Assembly (NCBI GenBank): GCA_963777315.1
Contig: CAVZQC010000004.1
Location: 672,001 to 736,000, forward strand
Direction: 5' to 3'
Length of the DNA: 64,000 nt
Source: Vulcanimicrobiota bacterium
Lineage (GTDB): Bacteria > Vulcanimicrobiota > Vulcanimicrobiia > Vulcanimicrobiales > Vulcanimicrobiaceae
In this document: piece after piece, positions 40,373 through 50,505 of the stretch
Numbering within the stretch: position 1 is the first letter of the stretch
How the letters are laid out: every line of letters begins with the position of its first letter
Position numbers and translations under genes: made by a program
The notes under the pieces: generated by a model
Database searches by the model: none
What the model saw: the letters and a program-made list of their open reading frames with translations, nothing else
What the model was told of the DNA's origin: nothing

Positions 40373-41460
40373 ACGACTCCGGCTATCTGCGCGAAGCGGC
40401 AGCGTTGGATCGGGAGATACTGCGCTGCATCCAGCGGCGCACCGTTCCGGATTTTGACGACCTCGCGCTGCGCGTCTTCGCTCATCAGCTGCGGTACAAC
40501 GTTCCGTACGCGCGGTACTGCGCTGCGCTGGGCGTAACGCTGGAATCGATGCCGGCCGGCTGGGAAGCGATTCCTCCGGCTCCAGCGGACGCGTATAAAG
40601 AGCAGGCGTTATGCACGTTCGATGCGGCGCGCGCCGAGCTGATTTTTCAGACCAGCGGCACGACGGGCGGCACGGGCGGCATGCATTACATGGAGAACGC
40701 CGCACTCTACGACGCGGCGCTGCTGGCCGGATTCGCCGACGCGATGCTGGCAGACCGGGCGGAGCCGCTTACCTATCTGCTGCTGCTTGCAAGTCCGCAG
40801 GAGCGGCCGCGTTCGAGCCTAGGCTATATGATGGCGCGCGTTGCGGACCGGTACGGGGATGGCGGCGAGGGATGGTACGTGCGCGGCGACGTGCTGGACG
40901 TCGATCACTTCATCGCCGATGCGCAGCGCGCGGCAACGTCGGCTGCCGGCGTATGCATCGCGGGTACGGCGTTCGCGTTCGTGCAGCTGCTGGACGCTCT
41001 AGCCGAGCGCGACATTCGCCTGCCGCTGCCCGCGCAATCGCGCATCATGGAGACGGGCGGATTCAAAGGACGCACTCGGGTGGTCGAGCGGGACGAGCTG
41101 TACGCGAATCTGTGCGCCGCGTTCGCTTTGCCTGCCGAACGGATCGTCGCAGAGTACGGCATGACGGAACTGACCAGCCAGTATTACGATCGCATTTCGG
41201 CCACCGGGCGAATCAAAAAAGCGCCGCCGTGGCTGCGCGCGCGTGTGGTCGACGCGTCGGGTGCGACGGTGCCGCCCGGCACGGCCGGCACGCTCGTGCA
41301 TGTCGATCTCGCCAACCGCTCCTCGTGCGTAGCGGTGCAGACGCAGGACGTCGGCGTTGCGGCAGGCGGCGGTTTCGTGCTGATCGGACGCGAACGCAGC
41401 GCGCAGCTGCGCGGGTGTTCGCTCGACGCAGAGCAATTGCGCGCCCTCGAGCGCGCGTGA
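40369..41460 (+). CDS. LuxE-like acyl-protein synthetase
   Basis: FAHQ...N.PY, FQTSGTT, GTAF, METGGFKGR, EYGMTELTSQ.Y, DLAN, TQD.G, C-terminal GR...LRGCS. Confidence 0.85.
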   Translation: MNDSGYLREAAALDREILRCIQRRTVPDFDDLALRVFAHQLRYNVPYARYCAALGVTLESMPAGWEAIPPAPADAYKEQALCTFDAARAELIFQTSGTTGGTGGMHYMENAALYDAALLAGFADAMLADRAEPLTYLLLLASPQERPRSSLGYMMARVADRYGDGGEGWYVRGDVLDVDHFIADAQRAATSAAGVCIAGTAFAFVQLLDALAERDIRLPLPAQSRIMETGGFKGRTRVVERDELYANLCAAFALPAERIVAEYGMTELTSQYYDRISATGRIKKAPPWLRARVVDASGATVPPGTAGTLVHVDLANRSSCVAVQTQDVGVAAGGGFVLIGRERSAQLRGCSLDAEQLRALERA

Positions 41461-42683
41461 CGCATCTGGCGCGCGTTCCGGTGCGCACAATCATTCGGGC
41501 GATTGCAGCCGCAGCCGAACGTTGGAGCGACGCGGATTTTCCCGCACGCGTTCGAATTCTCGATCGCATTTGCGAGCGAACCGGCTATTCGATTCCGGTC
41601 GTCGAGTATGCGCTGGATCGGCTGTTTTTTGCCGTTTCGGAGTCGGCCCTGGAGGCAACTATTTGCAGCGAGCTTGGCTCGCTGCAAACGCTGGACGGGT
41701 TCGCGAAGCGCGCCGGGCGCCCGGCGGCATGGGCGGTCCCAATCGGCCGCGTCTGCATCGTTTCGAGCCGAACGACCATCGGCGTCGCCTTGGTTCCGGC
41801 TTTTTTCGCGTTGTGCGCCAAGTGCGACGTGGTCGTCAAGGATCGCGAGGACGCGCTGATCGCCGCCTTTTTCGACACGCTGAGCGAAGAACTCGACGAG
41901 TTCGCCGGGGCGGCGTGCGCGCGCAGCTGGAGTTCGGCCGAGCCCGGCGCACCTGCGCTGGAATCTTTTGCAGGCGTGGTCGCCTTCGGGCACGACGATA
42001 CGCTGGCGGACATTCGGCGCATGCTGCGGCCCGACGCGCGCTTTATCGGCTACGGCTCGCGCGCGAGCGCCGGGTACGTGACGCGCGAGTCGCTGCAGGC
42101 TGAATCGGACGTTCGCGACATCGCGCGCGGAGCGGCGCGCGACCTTGTGTTGTACGAAAGCCAGGGATGCTTATCGCTTCACGTGCTGTTTCTCGAGCGC
42201 GGCGGCGCAACGAGCCCCCGGCGCTTTTGCGACGCCCTCGCATCCGCCGTCGAGCACACGAACGTAGAATTTCCGGTGGGCGAACGGGATGCGTCCGTCG
42301 CTGCGCGGCTGTCGCAGCAACGCAGCTTGGGCGTCTTTCGCGCCTCCGCCGGCCGGGGCGCCGTCTACGCAAACGCTTCCGCCGATTACCTCGTCCTTTT
42401 CGATCCGCCCGTCGAGCAGACTCCGTTGTTCTTGCCGCGCGCCTTGGGGATCGTGCCGGTCGACGAACCGGATCAGGCGCTGGAATATCTGCAGCGCCAC
42501 CGCCTGCCGCTCGAAGGGTTTGCGCTGTCGGCAGCTCGCGAGGACGTTGTGGCGATGGCACTCCAAGCCGCGGCAGTGCGCTTCACCCGCTTTGGGGAGC
42601 TGCAGGATCCGCCGCTCGGGGCCGATCACGGCGGAAGGCCGCGCATCGCCGAATTCGTACGTTGGGTCGATACGTCGCTTTGA
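41457..42683 (+). CDS. LuxC-like acyl-CoA/acyl-protein reductase
   Basis: VVAFG.D.T, FIGYGSR.S, DLVLYESQGCLS (catalytic Cys), GELQ.P....HGG. Confidence 0.82.
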   Translation: MTHLARVPVRTIIRAIAAAAERWSDADFPARVRILDRICERTGYSIPVVEYALDRLFFAVSESALEATICSELGSLQTLDGFAKRAGRPAAWAVPIGRVCIVSSRTTIGVALVPAFFALCAKCDVVVKDREDALIAAFFDTLSEELDEFAGAACARSWSSAEPGAPALESFAGVVAFGHDDTLADIRRMLRPDARFIGYGSRASAGYVTRESLQAESDVRDIARGAARDLVLYESQGCLSLHVLFLERGGATSPRRFCDALASAVEHTNVEFPVGERDASVAARLSQQRSLGVFRASAGRGAVYANASADYLVLFDPPVEQTPLFLPRALGIVPVDEPDQALEYLQRHRLPLEGFALSAAREDVVAMALQAAAVRFTRFGELQDPPLGADHGGRPRIAEFVRWVDTSL

Positions 42684-43981
42684 ACGAGGACGTGCTGGAG
42701 GAGCTGCGCACGCCGGTGCCCGGACCGCGCACGCGCGATCTGGCCCGAGGGCTGCAAACGTTCGAATCGCGCAACGTCACGTTCGTCGACGAACGCTTTC
42801 CGGTGTTTTGGGAATCTGCCGCCGGCGCCACGGTGCAAGACGTGGACGCAAACCGCTATATCGATCTCACCGCGGCGTTCGGCGTGGCAAACACCGGCCA
42901 CAGCAATCCGCGCGTCGCCGCTGCGCTCGCCGCGCAAGCCGCGGATCTGATGCACTCAATGGGCGACGTGCATCCCACCCACGCCAAAGTGCGGCTGCTC
43001 GACAAGCTCGCCGCGATCGCGCCCGGCGCCCTGTCAAGAACGTTCTTGGCCTCCACGGGAGCCGAAGCCGTAGAAGCGGCCCTCAAGACCGCGATGGTCG
43101 CGACCGGAAAATCGGCCTTTGCCGCCTATCGCGGCGCATATCACGGTCTTTCGCTCGGCGCTCTCCAAGTGTCCGGCATCGACAAATTCCGCGCGCCGTT
43201 CGCCGGATTTTTACAGCACCGCACGCTATTTTTGGACTATCCCGATGCGCAACGCTGCGGGACGTCGCAGGACGTCGATGCGGCGCTCGCCCGGGTAGGC
43301 ACCGCGTTGGACGCTCGCACCGACGTCGCGGCGCTGATCGTGGAACCGGTGCAGGGACGCGCCGGCTGCATCGTTCCGCCCGACGGGTATCTCACCGGAC
43401 TGCGCGAGATCTGCACCGCGCGCGGCGTGCTGCTCATTTTCGACGAGATCTATACCGGATTTGGGCGGACCGGCACGCTCTTTGCGTGCGAGCACGAACG
43501 CGTCGTGCCCGATATCCTGTGCATCGGAAAAGCGATGGCCAACGGTTTTCCGATTTCCGCGACCGTCGCGCTGCCGCAAATCATGGACGCATGGCCGCTA
43601 TCCTCCGGTGAAGCGCTGCATACCTCGACGTATCTAGGTAACCCGATGGGCTGTGCGGCCGCATTGGCAAACATTGCGGAGATCGAACGTTTGGGTTTGG
43701 TCGAGCGCGCCGCCGAGATGGGCGTGCTGCTGGGCGAGCGGCTGCGCGGGCTGCGTTCTCGGCCGAGCGTTCGGAGCGTGCGCGGCCGAGGACTGATGTG
43801 GGGCGTCGAACTGTTCGACGGCGGATACGCTCAAAGCGTCGTCATCGGTGCCTTGAAGAAAGGCATCATACTGCTGCAAGCGGGAGTACGGGGTAACGTG
43901 CTGTCCATAACCCCGCCGCTGGTCATATCGCAGCGGCAGCTCGACCGCGCCATCGACATCGTTGAGGAGTGTTTGACGTGA
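42680..43981 (+). CDS. Class III PLP aminotransferase
   Basis: DVD.NRYID, TGAEAVEAALK, YHG, EPVQG, LIFDEIYTGFGRTG, PDILCIGK. Confidence 0.93.
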   Translation: MNEDVLEELRTPVPGPRTRDLARGLQTFESRNVTFVDERFPVFWESAAGATVQDVDANRYIDLTAAFGVANTGHSNPRVAAALAAQAADLMHSMGDVHPTHAKVRLLDKLAAIAPGALSRTFLASTGAEAVEAALKTAMVATGKSAFAAYRGAYHGLSLGALQVSGIDKFRAPFAGFLQHRTLFLDYPDAQRCGTSQDVDAALARVGTALDARTDVAALIVEPVQGRAGCIVPPDGYLTGLREICTARGVLLIFDEIYTGFGRTGTLFACEHERVVPDILCIGKAMANGFPISATVALPQIMDAWPLSSGEALHTSTYLGNPMGCAAALANIAEIERLGLVERAAEMGVLLGERLRGLRSRPSVRSVRGRGLMWGVELFDGGYAQSVVIGALKKGIILLQAGVRGNVLSITPPLVISQRQLDRAIDIVEECLT

Positions 43982-45018
43982 TCCAGGCGGCACCGCGGTA
44001 CAAAGTCGGCATCGTCGGCGCCGGTTTCGGCGTTCGCGCGCATTTGCCGGCGTTCGCTGCGCATCCGAGCTTCGAAGTGGTCGCGCTGGCTTCGCCGCAT
44101 AACGCACTGCGCATCGCGCAGGAGCGTGGAATACCGCACGCCTTTACCGGTATCTCCGAGCTGCTTGCGGGCTGCGCGGTCGACGTGGTCTCGATCGCTT
44201 CGCCGCCCTTTGCGCACCATGGCGGCGTCCTCGCAGCGCTGCGCGCCCGCAAACACGTGATCTGCGACAAGCCGTTTGCGCTCGACGTGGGCCAGGCGCA
44301 AGAGATGCTCGCAGCCGCCGAACAAGCGGGTACCGCGACGGCCGTCATGCACGAATTTCGCTGGGTGCCGCAGCGCCTGGCCGTCAAAGAGCTGGTGAGC
44401 AACGGTCATGTGGCGCCGCTGCGCCAGCTCGAAATTACGCAGCTCTCGGGACGCCTTCGTCAAAGCGTCGAGCGTTCCGATTCGTGGTGGTTCGATCGCG
44501 CCCGCGGCGGCGGGATGGCGGGCGCGTTGCTGTCGCATCTGATCGATGCGTCGAATTGGATAGCGGGCCGCTCACCGCTGCGCACCACGGGGTACCTGCG
44601 AACGGCAAACCCCGTGCGCCACGACGAAACGGGCGCATTCACCAGCAGCGTCGACGACGGCTGTTTTGCGCTGCTCGATTACGGCGACGGACTAGTCGCG
44701 CGCCTTGCCGTCGACGCAACCTTAGCGGTGGATTCGTTCACCTTGGCGGCACATGGCGAAAACCGTACCGCGGTTGCGAGCGGCACGGACCCGCACGATA
44801 CGCGACTGTTCACCGTCGACGGCGAAGAAACCGCCGAACTGGAGTGCAAGCCGTCGCCGTATCGTCAGCTGCAGGCCATCGATCCGCACGTGCCCCTCAT
44901 CGTGGAGTTGCTCGACGAGTTCGTCAAGCAAATCGAAAGCGGCAGCAGCGCGGTGCCTACGTTCGAGCAGGCAGTTGCAACGCAGCGCGTGCTCGAGTCG
45001 ATCGGGTACGGCGTTTAG
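43978..45018 (+). CDS. Gfo/Idh/MocA-family oxidoreductase
   Basis: VGIVGAGFG, KHVICDKP, GGG.....SHLID. Confidence 0.9.
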   Translation: MIQAAPRYKVGIVGAGFGVRAHLPAFAAHPSFEVVALASPHNALRIAQERGIPHAFTGISELLAGCAVDVVSIASPPFAHHGGVLAALRARKHVICDKPFALDVGQAQEMLAAAEQAGTATAVMHEFRWVPQRLAVKELVSNGHVAPLRQLEITQLSGRLRQSVERSDSWWFDRARGGGMAGALLSHLIDASNWIAGRSPLRTTGYLRTANPVRHDETGAFTSSVDDGCFALLDYGDGLVARLAVDATLAVDSFTLAAHGENRTAVASGTDPHDTRLFTVDGEETAELECKPSPYRQLQAIDPHVPLIVELLDEFVKQIESGSSAVPTFEQAVATQRVLESIGYGV

Positions 45019-45028
45019 CCGCGTAACG

Positions 45029-46636
45029 TCAATGCGATTGCGCGTACGAAACCGCTGCGCCCGCGTCGAGCCGCCCGCAGCCTTGCTCGGAATCGCTGAT
45101 GTCGGCGGCGCTTTGGCAGAGCGCTTTGGCGACCTGCGCCGGCGTGTAGCTCGGCTTGACTGCCAGAATCAACGCTGCGGCACCCGCAACGTGGGGCGTG
45201 GCTTGCGACGTGCCGGCGATGTCGATGCGGCAGTCGGGCGTAGAGGAACTGGAATCGTAATCCGGAGTGCAGCTGCCGGGCTCGATCGCGGTACTGGAGT
45301 AGATGTGTTCGATCCAGTGCAGTTCGTCAAGGTCGTTGCTGCCGTCCGGGTCGCCGCCGGGCGCAACCAAGAAATCGCCGTTTCCGCCGTTCGGCAAATA
45401 ATTCGAATAACTGGCGACTTGCTCGGTCACGAAGTTGGAAACGCTGTCGTTGATGGCTGAAGCGCCTACCGCAATCACGCCGGGATCGGCTGCCGGGCAA
45501 TCCAGCTGCGCAAGACCCATACCCGTGTTCTCATCGCCGTTTCCGGCTGCCGCAACCACCACTACGTTGTGCGCGATCGCGTTCTCTACGGCGATGTACT
45601 CGGGATCGGCTGTCGAGCACGGCGGCGACCCGCCCAAGCTCAAGCTGATCACTTTCGCGCCGTTCGCGACCGCATCGTCGATAGCCGACGCTTCGTCGGC
45701 CGAGTCCGAGAAGCACTGATCCGGAGGATTTTTCAGGTCGCATCCCCCCGCAGGATCGGCCGGAAAAATCCGGTACGCCATGAGCTTTGCATCAAAGCTC
45801 GCCGCAGCGAATCCAAGCCCGTTGTCCGTATCGCCGGCCGCAATGCCCGCCACGTTGGTGCCATGGCCGTCCGTATCCGTGACATACTGACCGGACGTCT
45901 GCGCCGAGTCGGACGGGTAGGTGACGAAGCAACGCGTGCGCACGATCGATCCGCCGCTCAGTTCGGGATGCGTGACGTCTACGCCGGTGTCGACGATCGC
46001 GATGGGTGCAGCAGAACCCACGACCGGCGCCGATGAAGCAACTTCATTCCACGCCGCTTGCGCATTGATGACGTGCATGTCCCACTGCCCCGGCGTCGTT
46101 GCGGTTTCAAAGTATGGCGCCGGCGCACCGAAACCGCCGTAGTACGGATCGTTCGAAACGATCGTCATGCGCTGCCGATACGTCACCCGCCCGACGTTCT
46201 GTACGCCCGGCAACGCCTTTATTGCCGCGATGGCTTGCGCGGTCCGCTGCGGATCGACGCGCAGAATGCGACCGCGCACGTGCAGCGCATCGAAATCCAG
46301 GTCGGTAACGTGAGAAACGCGCAGTGAAGCGGCAAGCGAATCGATGCGGCCGGCGGATGCGTCGTCCTTGAACGAAACGGCAATCGCTCCGGGAACGTAG
46401 CGCACGTCTCGCGTTGCCGCTACGGGCACGCGCCGGCGTACCTGCATGCCGTACGCGACGCTCGAAGGCAACGACCCGCTTTGAGGGCACGTCACGCCCG
46501 ATTCAGGAACCGGGGACGAAGTCGAGGACGGAGTCACTCCGCCGTTGCCGCCGCTTCCGCCACCGCAGCCGGCCAGCAGCAATGCGGTGATAAGCGCCGC
46601 TGCGGCATTCCGGGAACCCGATCGCATTCTCAACAC
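45029..46636 (-). CDS. S8 subtilase lipoprotein
   Basis: Lipobox LAGC; IAIVDTG, DGHGTNVAG, AAAGN, AGTSQATPHVAG. Confidence 0.93.
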   Translation of the reverse strand: MLRMRSGSRNAAAALITALLLAGCGGGSGGNGGVTPSSTSSPVPESGVTCPQSGSLPSSVAYGMQVRRRVPVAATRDVRYVPGAIAVSFKDDASAGRIDSLAASLRVSHVTDLDFDALHVRGRILRVDPQRTAQAIAAIKALPGVQNVGRVTYRQRMTIVSNDPYYGGFGAPAPYFETATTPGQWDMHVINAQAAWNEVASSAPVVGSAAPIAIVDTGVDVTHPELSGGSIVRTRCFVTYPSDSAQTSGQYVTDTDGHGTNVAGIAAGDTDNGLGFAAASFDAKLMAYRIFPADPAGGCDLKNPPDQCFSDSADEASAIDDAVANGAKVISLSLGGSPPCSTADPEYIAVENAIAHNVVVVAAAGNGDENTGMGLAQLDCPAADPGVIAVGASAINDSVSNFVTEQVASYSNYLPNGGNGDFLVAPGGDPDGSNDLDELHWIEHIYSSTAIEPGSCTPDYDSSSSTPDCRIDIAGTSQATPHVAGAAALILAVKPSYTPAQVAKALCQSAADISDSEQGCGRLDAGAAVSYAQSH

Positions 46637-46644
46637 TCCCTGAC

Positions 46645-46677
46645 AAAACGTAAGAGCCGATCATACTATCGGCCCCT
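46645..46677 (-). terminator. Hairpin/terminator between the two S8 genes
   Basis: GGGGCCGAT-AGTATG-ATCGGCTCT followed by TACGTTTT. Confidence 0.45.
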
Positions 46678-46700
46678 ACGATTGGCGCCCTTAACGCCCC

Positions 46701-48329
46701 CTATTGCGTGAGTGCTTTGGCCACGGCGGCACCCGCGTCCACGCGCCCGCACCCCTGTCTCGTATCGCCGATGTCGTGCGCGGTGGAGCAGAGATCGGAA
46801 GCAATGCGAGCGGGCGTAAGCGAGGGACGCAGGCCAAGCATCAGCGAGACGACGCCGGCGACGTGCGGGGTGGCCTGCGAGGTCCCGGAAAAGCCGCCGC
46901 GGCAGTCGCCGCCTTCTCCGGCGTAGTCCGTACGGCAGTACGCCGATGCACCCGCCATCTGGCTGGACGTGATGTTTTCAACGAAATGCAGATCGTCGCT
47001 GTCATTGCCGGAGTTTGCCGTGCCGCCCGGCGCGACGAGGTACGCTCCGCCGCTGCCGGGTCCCGCAGAAGACGTCCAGTTCGAATATCCCGCTACGGCG
47101 TCGGCCTGCGAAGAACCGGACGGGCCGTCTGCGCCGACGGCGATGACGCCCGGATATGCCGCAGGACAGTCGAGATAGTTCTGACCGACGCCGACCCCGT
47201 TGACCTGCTTGCCGTTGCCGGCAGCCGCGACTACCGCCACCCCGCGAGCGATGGCGGCTTCAACCGCGTTCTCCTCAACGCTGTCGCTGCATTCCGAGAG
47301 CGGACCGCCGGATCCTAAACTCAAGTTGATCACCTTGGCGCCGTGAGCTACCGCATCGTTGATCGCGCTGGCCTCGTCGACGTCCGTGGTGGAACACTGC
47401 GCGCTTTTCGAATTCTCACAGCCGCCGCTGGGCGTACTGGGAAAAATGCGGTACGCCAGCAGCGGCGCATCGAACGCCACGCCGGCAAAACCGAACGAAT
47501 TGTTCGTATCGGCATCGGTTATGCCGGCAACGTTGGTTCCGTGCCCGTCGGTGTCGACGGCATACGGGCCGGAAGATTGCGCGGCGCTGCTCGGATACGT
47601 CACATAGCAGTACTGCCGAGTGATTTTTCCGCCGCGCAGTTCGGGATGCGTGACGTCGACGCCGGTATCGATCACCGCGATGGGAGCGCCGACCGCCGGA
47701 ATCTGCGAATAGTATCCCCACGCCGTCGAAACATGGATCAGGTGCATGTCCCACTGTCCGGGGATCGAAGAGCTTTCATAGTACGGAGCTTGCGGACCGA
47801 AGCCGTTGTAGTACGGATCGTTTACATGCACGATGGAGAGCAAATGGCGGTATTGCGCCCGCTCGACGCTGCGCACGCCGGGCGTGGCCCGCAACTGCGC
47901 GATCGCAGCACTCACTCGTGCGGGCTCCACCGAAAGCGAGCGGACCCGCAGGCCGATCGACTGCAGCTCCAGATCGGCGCTGCGCCGCGCATCGATCGAC
48001 GCCGCCACGCCGGCAATGCGGCGTCCCGCGTCATCGCCGGTGTAGGTTACGCTGATAAGGCCGGGGACGTATTTCTCCCAAGCGTCGTCCGAATTCGCCG
48101 CGCGCCGAGTGCTCAGCGTGCCCGCGCCCGAAGCTGCGCTCTGCGCAGCGGGACCGCTGGCCGGACAATCGGCGGACGATTGCGTTACCGGCGGGGGAGC
48201 GGGAGGGTTGGTCTGGGTTACCGGCGGCACCGGCCCGGACGGTCCCGAAGAACCGCCGCCTCCGCCGCAGGCCGTAAATGAAAGCGTGACGCCGGCGAGT
48301 GCCGCCGCGGTCAAAAGAATGCGTTTCAC
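46701..48329 (-). CDS. S8 subtilase lipoprotein (paralog)
   Basis: Lipobox FTAC; IAVIDTG, DGHGTNVAG, SGTSQATPHVAG; start set at GTG 48329. Confidence 0.93.
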   Translation of the reverse strand: MKRILLTAAALAGVTLSFTACGGGGGSSGPSGPVPPVTQTNPPAPPPVTQSSADCPASGPAAQSAASGAGTLSTRRAANSDDAWEKYVPGLISVTYTGDDAGRRIAGVAASIDARRSADLELQSIGLRVRSLSVEPARVSAAIAQLRATPGVRSVERAQYRHLLSIVHVNDPYYNGFGPQAPYYESSSIPGQWDMHLIHVSTAWGYYSQIPAVGAPIAVIDTGVDVTHPELRGGKITRQYCYVTYPSSAAQSSGPYAVDTDGHGTNVAGITDADTNNSFGFAGVAFDAPLLAYRIFPSTPSGGCENSKSAQCSTTDVDEASAINDAVAHGAKVINLSLGSGGPLSECSDSVEENAVEAAIARGVAVVAAAGNGKQVNGVGVGQNYLDCPAAYPGVIAVGADGPSGSSQADAVAGYSNWTSSAGPGSGGAYLVAPGGTANSGNDSDDLHFVENITSSQMAGASAYCRTDYAGEGGDCRGGFSGTSQATPHVAGVVSLMLGLRPSLTPARIASDLCSTAHDIGDTRQGCGRVDAGAAVAKALTQ

Positions 48330-48371
48330 AGTTCTGCCTTTTACCCGCCTCTTGTGCAAGCGTGTAGCTGA

Positions 48372-49643
48372 TTACGAGTTGCCCGCCGCGTTTGGTTCCC
48401 ATGCCGACAGCCGCTTCCACAGCATGGCCAGCGCAGAGGCCGTCGCCCGAGCCTGGACGGCGGTCCGGCCGCCGGGCAATTGCAGTCGAACCGCAAGCGT
48501 GGACGCCGAATCCGCCAATCCGATCCAAACCAAGCCGACCGGCTTTTCGGTGCTTCCGCCGTCCGGGCCGGCGATCCCGGTGGTCGACAAGCCGACGTCC
48601 GCATTCAGCCGCGCGCGAATGCCTTGCGCCATGGCCAGCGCGGTTTCTTCGCTCACCGCTCCCGCCCGCTGCAGCATCTGGGCCGAAACATCGAGCATGT
48701 CGCGTTTGACGGCATTGTCGTAGGCAACGACGCCGCCCTTGAAACTCTTGGACGATCCCGCCACGCTCGTGAGCGCGGCGCACACCGATCCGCCGGTACA
48801 CGATTCCGCCGCGGCCAGCGTAAGGCCCACCCGCTGCAGCAGGGCGTGGATCGATTCCGGCAAGGTTCGATCGTCCGCGCCGAACACGTGACCGCGCAGG
48901 CGGCGCGCGATCTCCGTTTCGACCGGTACGATGAGCTGTTCGGCTCCTTCCGCGGACGCCGCTTTGGCCATGATCTTCACGTCGCACCGGAAGTCGTGCG
49001 CGAGCACCGCAATTTTCGGGTTGTCGAGCGTGCGGAAGAGATCGTCGATGCGGTGGTCGACTTCCGATTCTGCGAGGTCGATCGTGTGCAGCACGCGGGT
49101 GCGCACCGTCTGCTGCAGATCGAACCGCTCGCGCAGCCACGGGAGCACCTGCCGTGCGAGCATCGGCTTCATCTCGTGCGGAACTCCGGGCAGCGACGCG
49201 ACGAACTTGGCGTCGGCGCGCACTGCGATGAAACCGGGCGCCGAGCCGTTGTCGTTCAACAGTACGACGCAGCCGCGCGGTACCTGCGCCTGCTTGCGGT
49301 TGTTGTCGCGCATCCGGCGGCCGGAGCGCGCGAAGATCGCCTCGATGTTTTCAAACGCGGCCTGACTCCACTGCGTATCTACGCCCATCACGTCGCACAC
49401 CGCTTCCGTGGTGAGGTCGTCCACCGTGGGTCCAAGACCGCCCGAAGTGATTACGCCGTCGGCGCGATCGAGCGCTGCTCGGATCCCCTGCGCAATGCGC
49501 GCGCGGTTGTCGCCCAGCGCGTGCGTGGCATAGACGTCGACCCCGTTCTCCGCCATTGCAGCGGCGATATGCGCGGTGTTGGTATCGAGCAGTTGGCCCA
49601 GGAGCAACTCGGTTCCGATCGCGAGGATTTCGACGCTGGCCAT
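48372..49643 (-). CDS. cinA: CinA (MoCF-biosynth domain plus PncC NMN deamidase)
   Basis: IGTELLLG...DTN, GGLGPT.DDLT, LPGVP.EM, AESCTGG, TGIAGP.GG...KPVGLV. Confidence 0.95.
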   Translation of the reverse strand: MASVEILAIGTELLLGQLLDTNTAHIAAAMAENGVDVYATHALGDNRARIAQGIRAALDRADGVITSGGLGPTVDDLTTEAVCDVMGVDTQWSQAAFENIEAIFARSGRRMRDNNRKQAQVPRGCVVLLNDNGSAPGFIAVRADAKFVASLPGVPHEMKPMLARQVLPWLRERFDLQQTVRTRVLHTIDLAESEVDHRIDDLFRTLDNPKIAVLAHDFRCDVKIMAKAASAEGAEQLIVPVETEIARRLRGHVFGADDRTLPESIHALLQRVGLTLAAAESCTGGSVCAALTSVAGSSKSFKGGVVAYDNAVKRDMLDVSAQMLQRAGAVSEETALAMAQGIRARLNADVGLSTTGIAGPDGGSTEKPVGLVWIGLADSASTLAVRLQLPGGRTAVQARATASALAMLWKRLSAWEPNAAGNS

Positions 49644-49649
49644 GTTCGG

Positions 49650-50505
49650 CTAAAAATCGACCGGCCGCAGGTAGAACTCGTTGATCGCCGTGTTGGTGAG
49701 CATTGCGGTCGTCGGTAAGTGACGCTTCCAGTGCGTTCCGTCCAAACGGCGCCGCACGAGTGTCACGTCGCTGCCTGCGAAACCGCGTTCGACGAGCTGC
49801 GCGTTGGAATAGCCTTCGAGCATGCGCGCTAAGATCGCGTCCGCTTTTACGTAGGCTATTCCCAAGTCCGCTTCGTCGGTTTGATCGGCCTCCAAATCGG
49901 CACTGGGAGCTTTTTCAATCAGTTCGCGCGGAACGCCCAGATGTCGCGCCAGCTCCCAGACCTGCGACTTGTAGAGGTCTCCAATCGGATTGACGGGCGG
50001 CGTGTCGTCGGCGTGCCAAGTGAAATACCCCAGCAGACGTTCGGTCTTGTTTCCGGTGCCGATCGGCAGCGCGCCGTATTTCGCCGACTGATCGAACAGC
50101 ACCAGCATGCGCACACGGGCCATCACGTTGCCGCGCCGCCGCGCGTCGGCGTCGGGCTGGCATTTCAGATAGCCGTCGACCGCGTCGCTGATGTCGATCG
50201 TGTGTTCCACGATGCCCAGCGCGTCGACGACCAGACGCGCGTCGCTCAAACTCGACGCACTCGACGTACGGTACGGCATTCGGATCGCGTGCACGTTGCC
50301 GGGCCCTAGCGCCCGCGCACACAAAAACGCGGTGACCGCCGAATCGACGCCGCCGGAAAGCCCGACGACCGCACAGGCTCGTGTCGCGCCGCACCGTGAG
50401 TTCGTCCTGCAGAAAGGCCACGAGCCATTGCTCGGTGACTTTCGGGTTGATTCCCGGCGCCGCAGTGAACGAGGACCGGTTTTCTTCGATGACCGGCAGC
50501 GTCAT
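49650..50505 (-). CDS. nadE: NAD+ synthetase, synthetase subunit; +1 frameshift near 50375
   Basis: Deleting one base restores AVVGLSGGVDSAV; GNVMARVRM, GTGNKTE, PIGDLYKSQV, KAPSADL...QTDE. Confidence 0.9.

Noticed and set aside
40369..42683. Bioluminescence operon
   Set aside because: No luxA/luxB, luxD or luxG in the operon or window.
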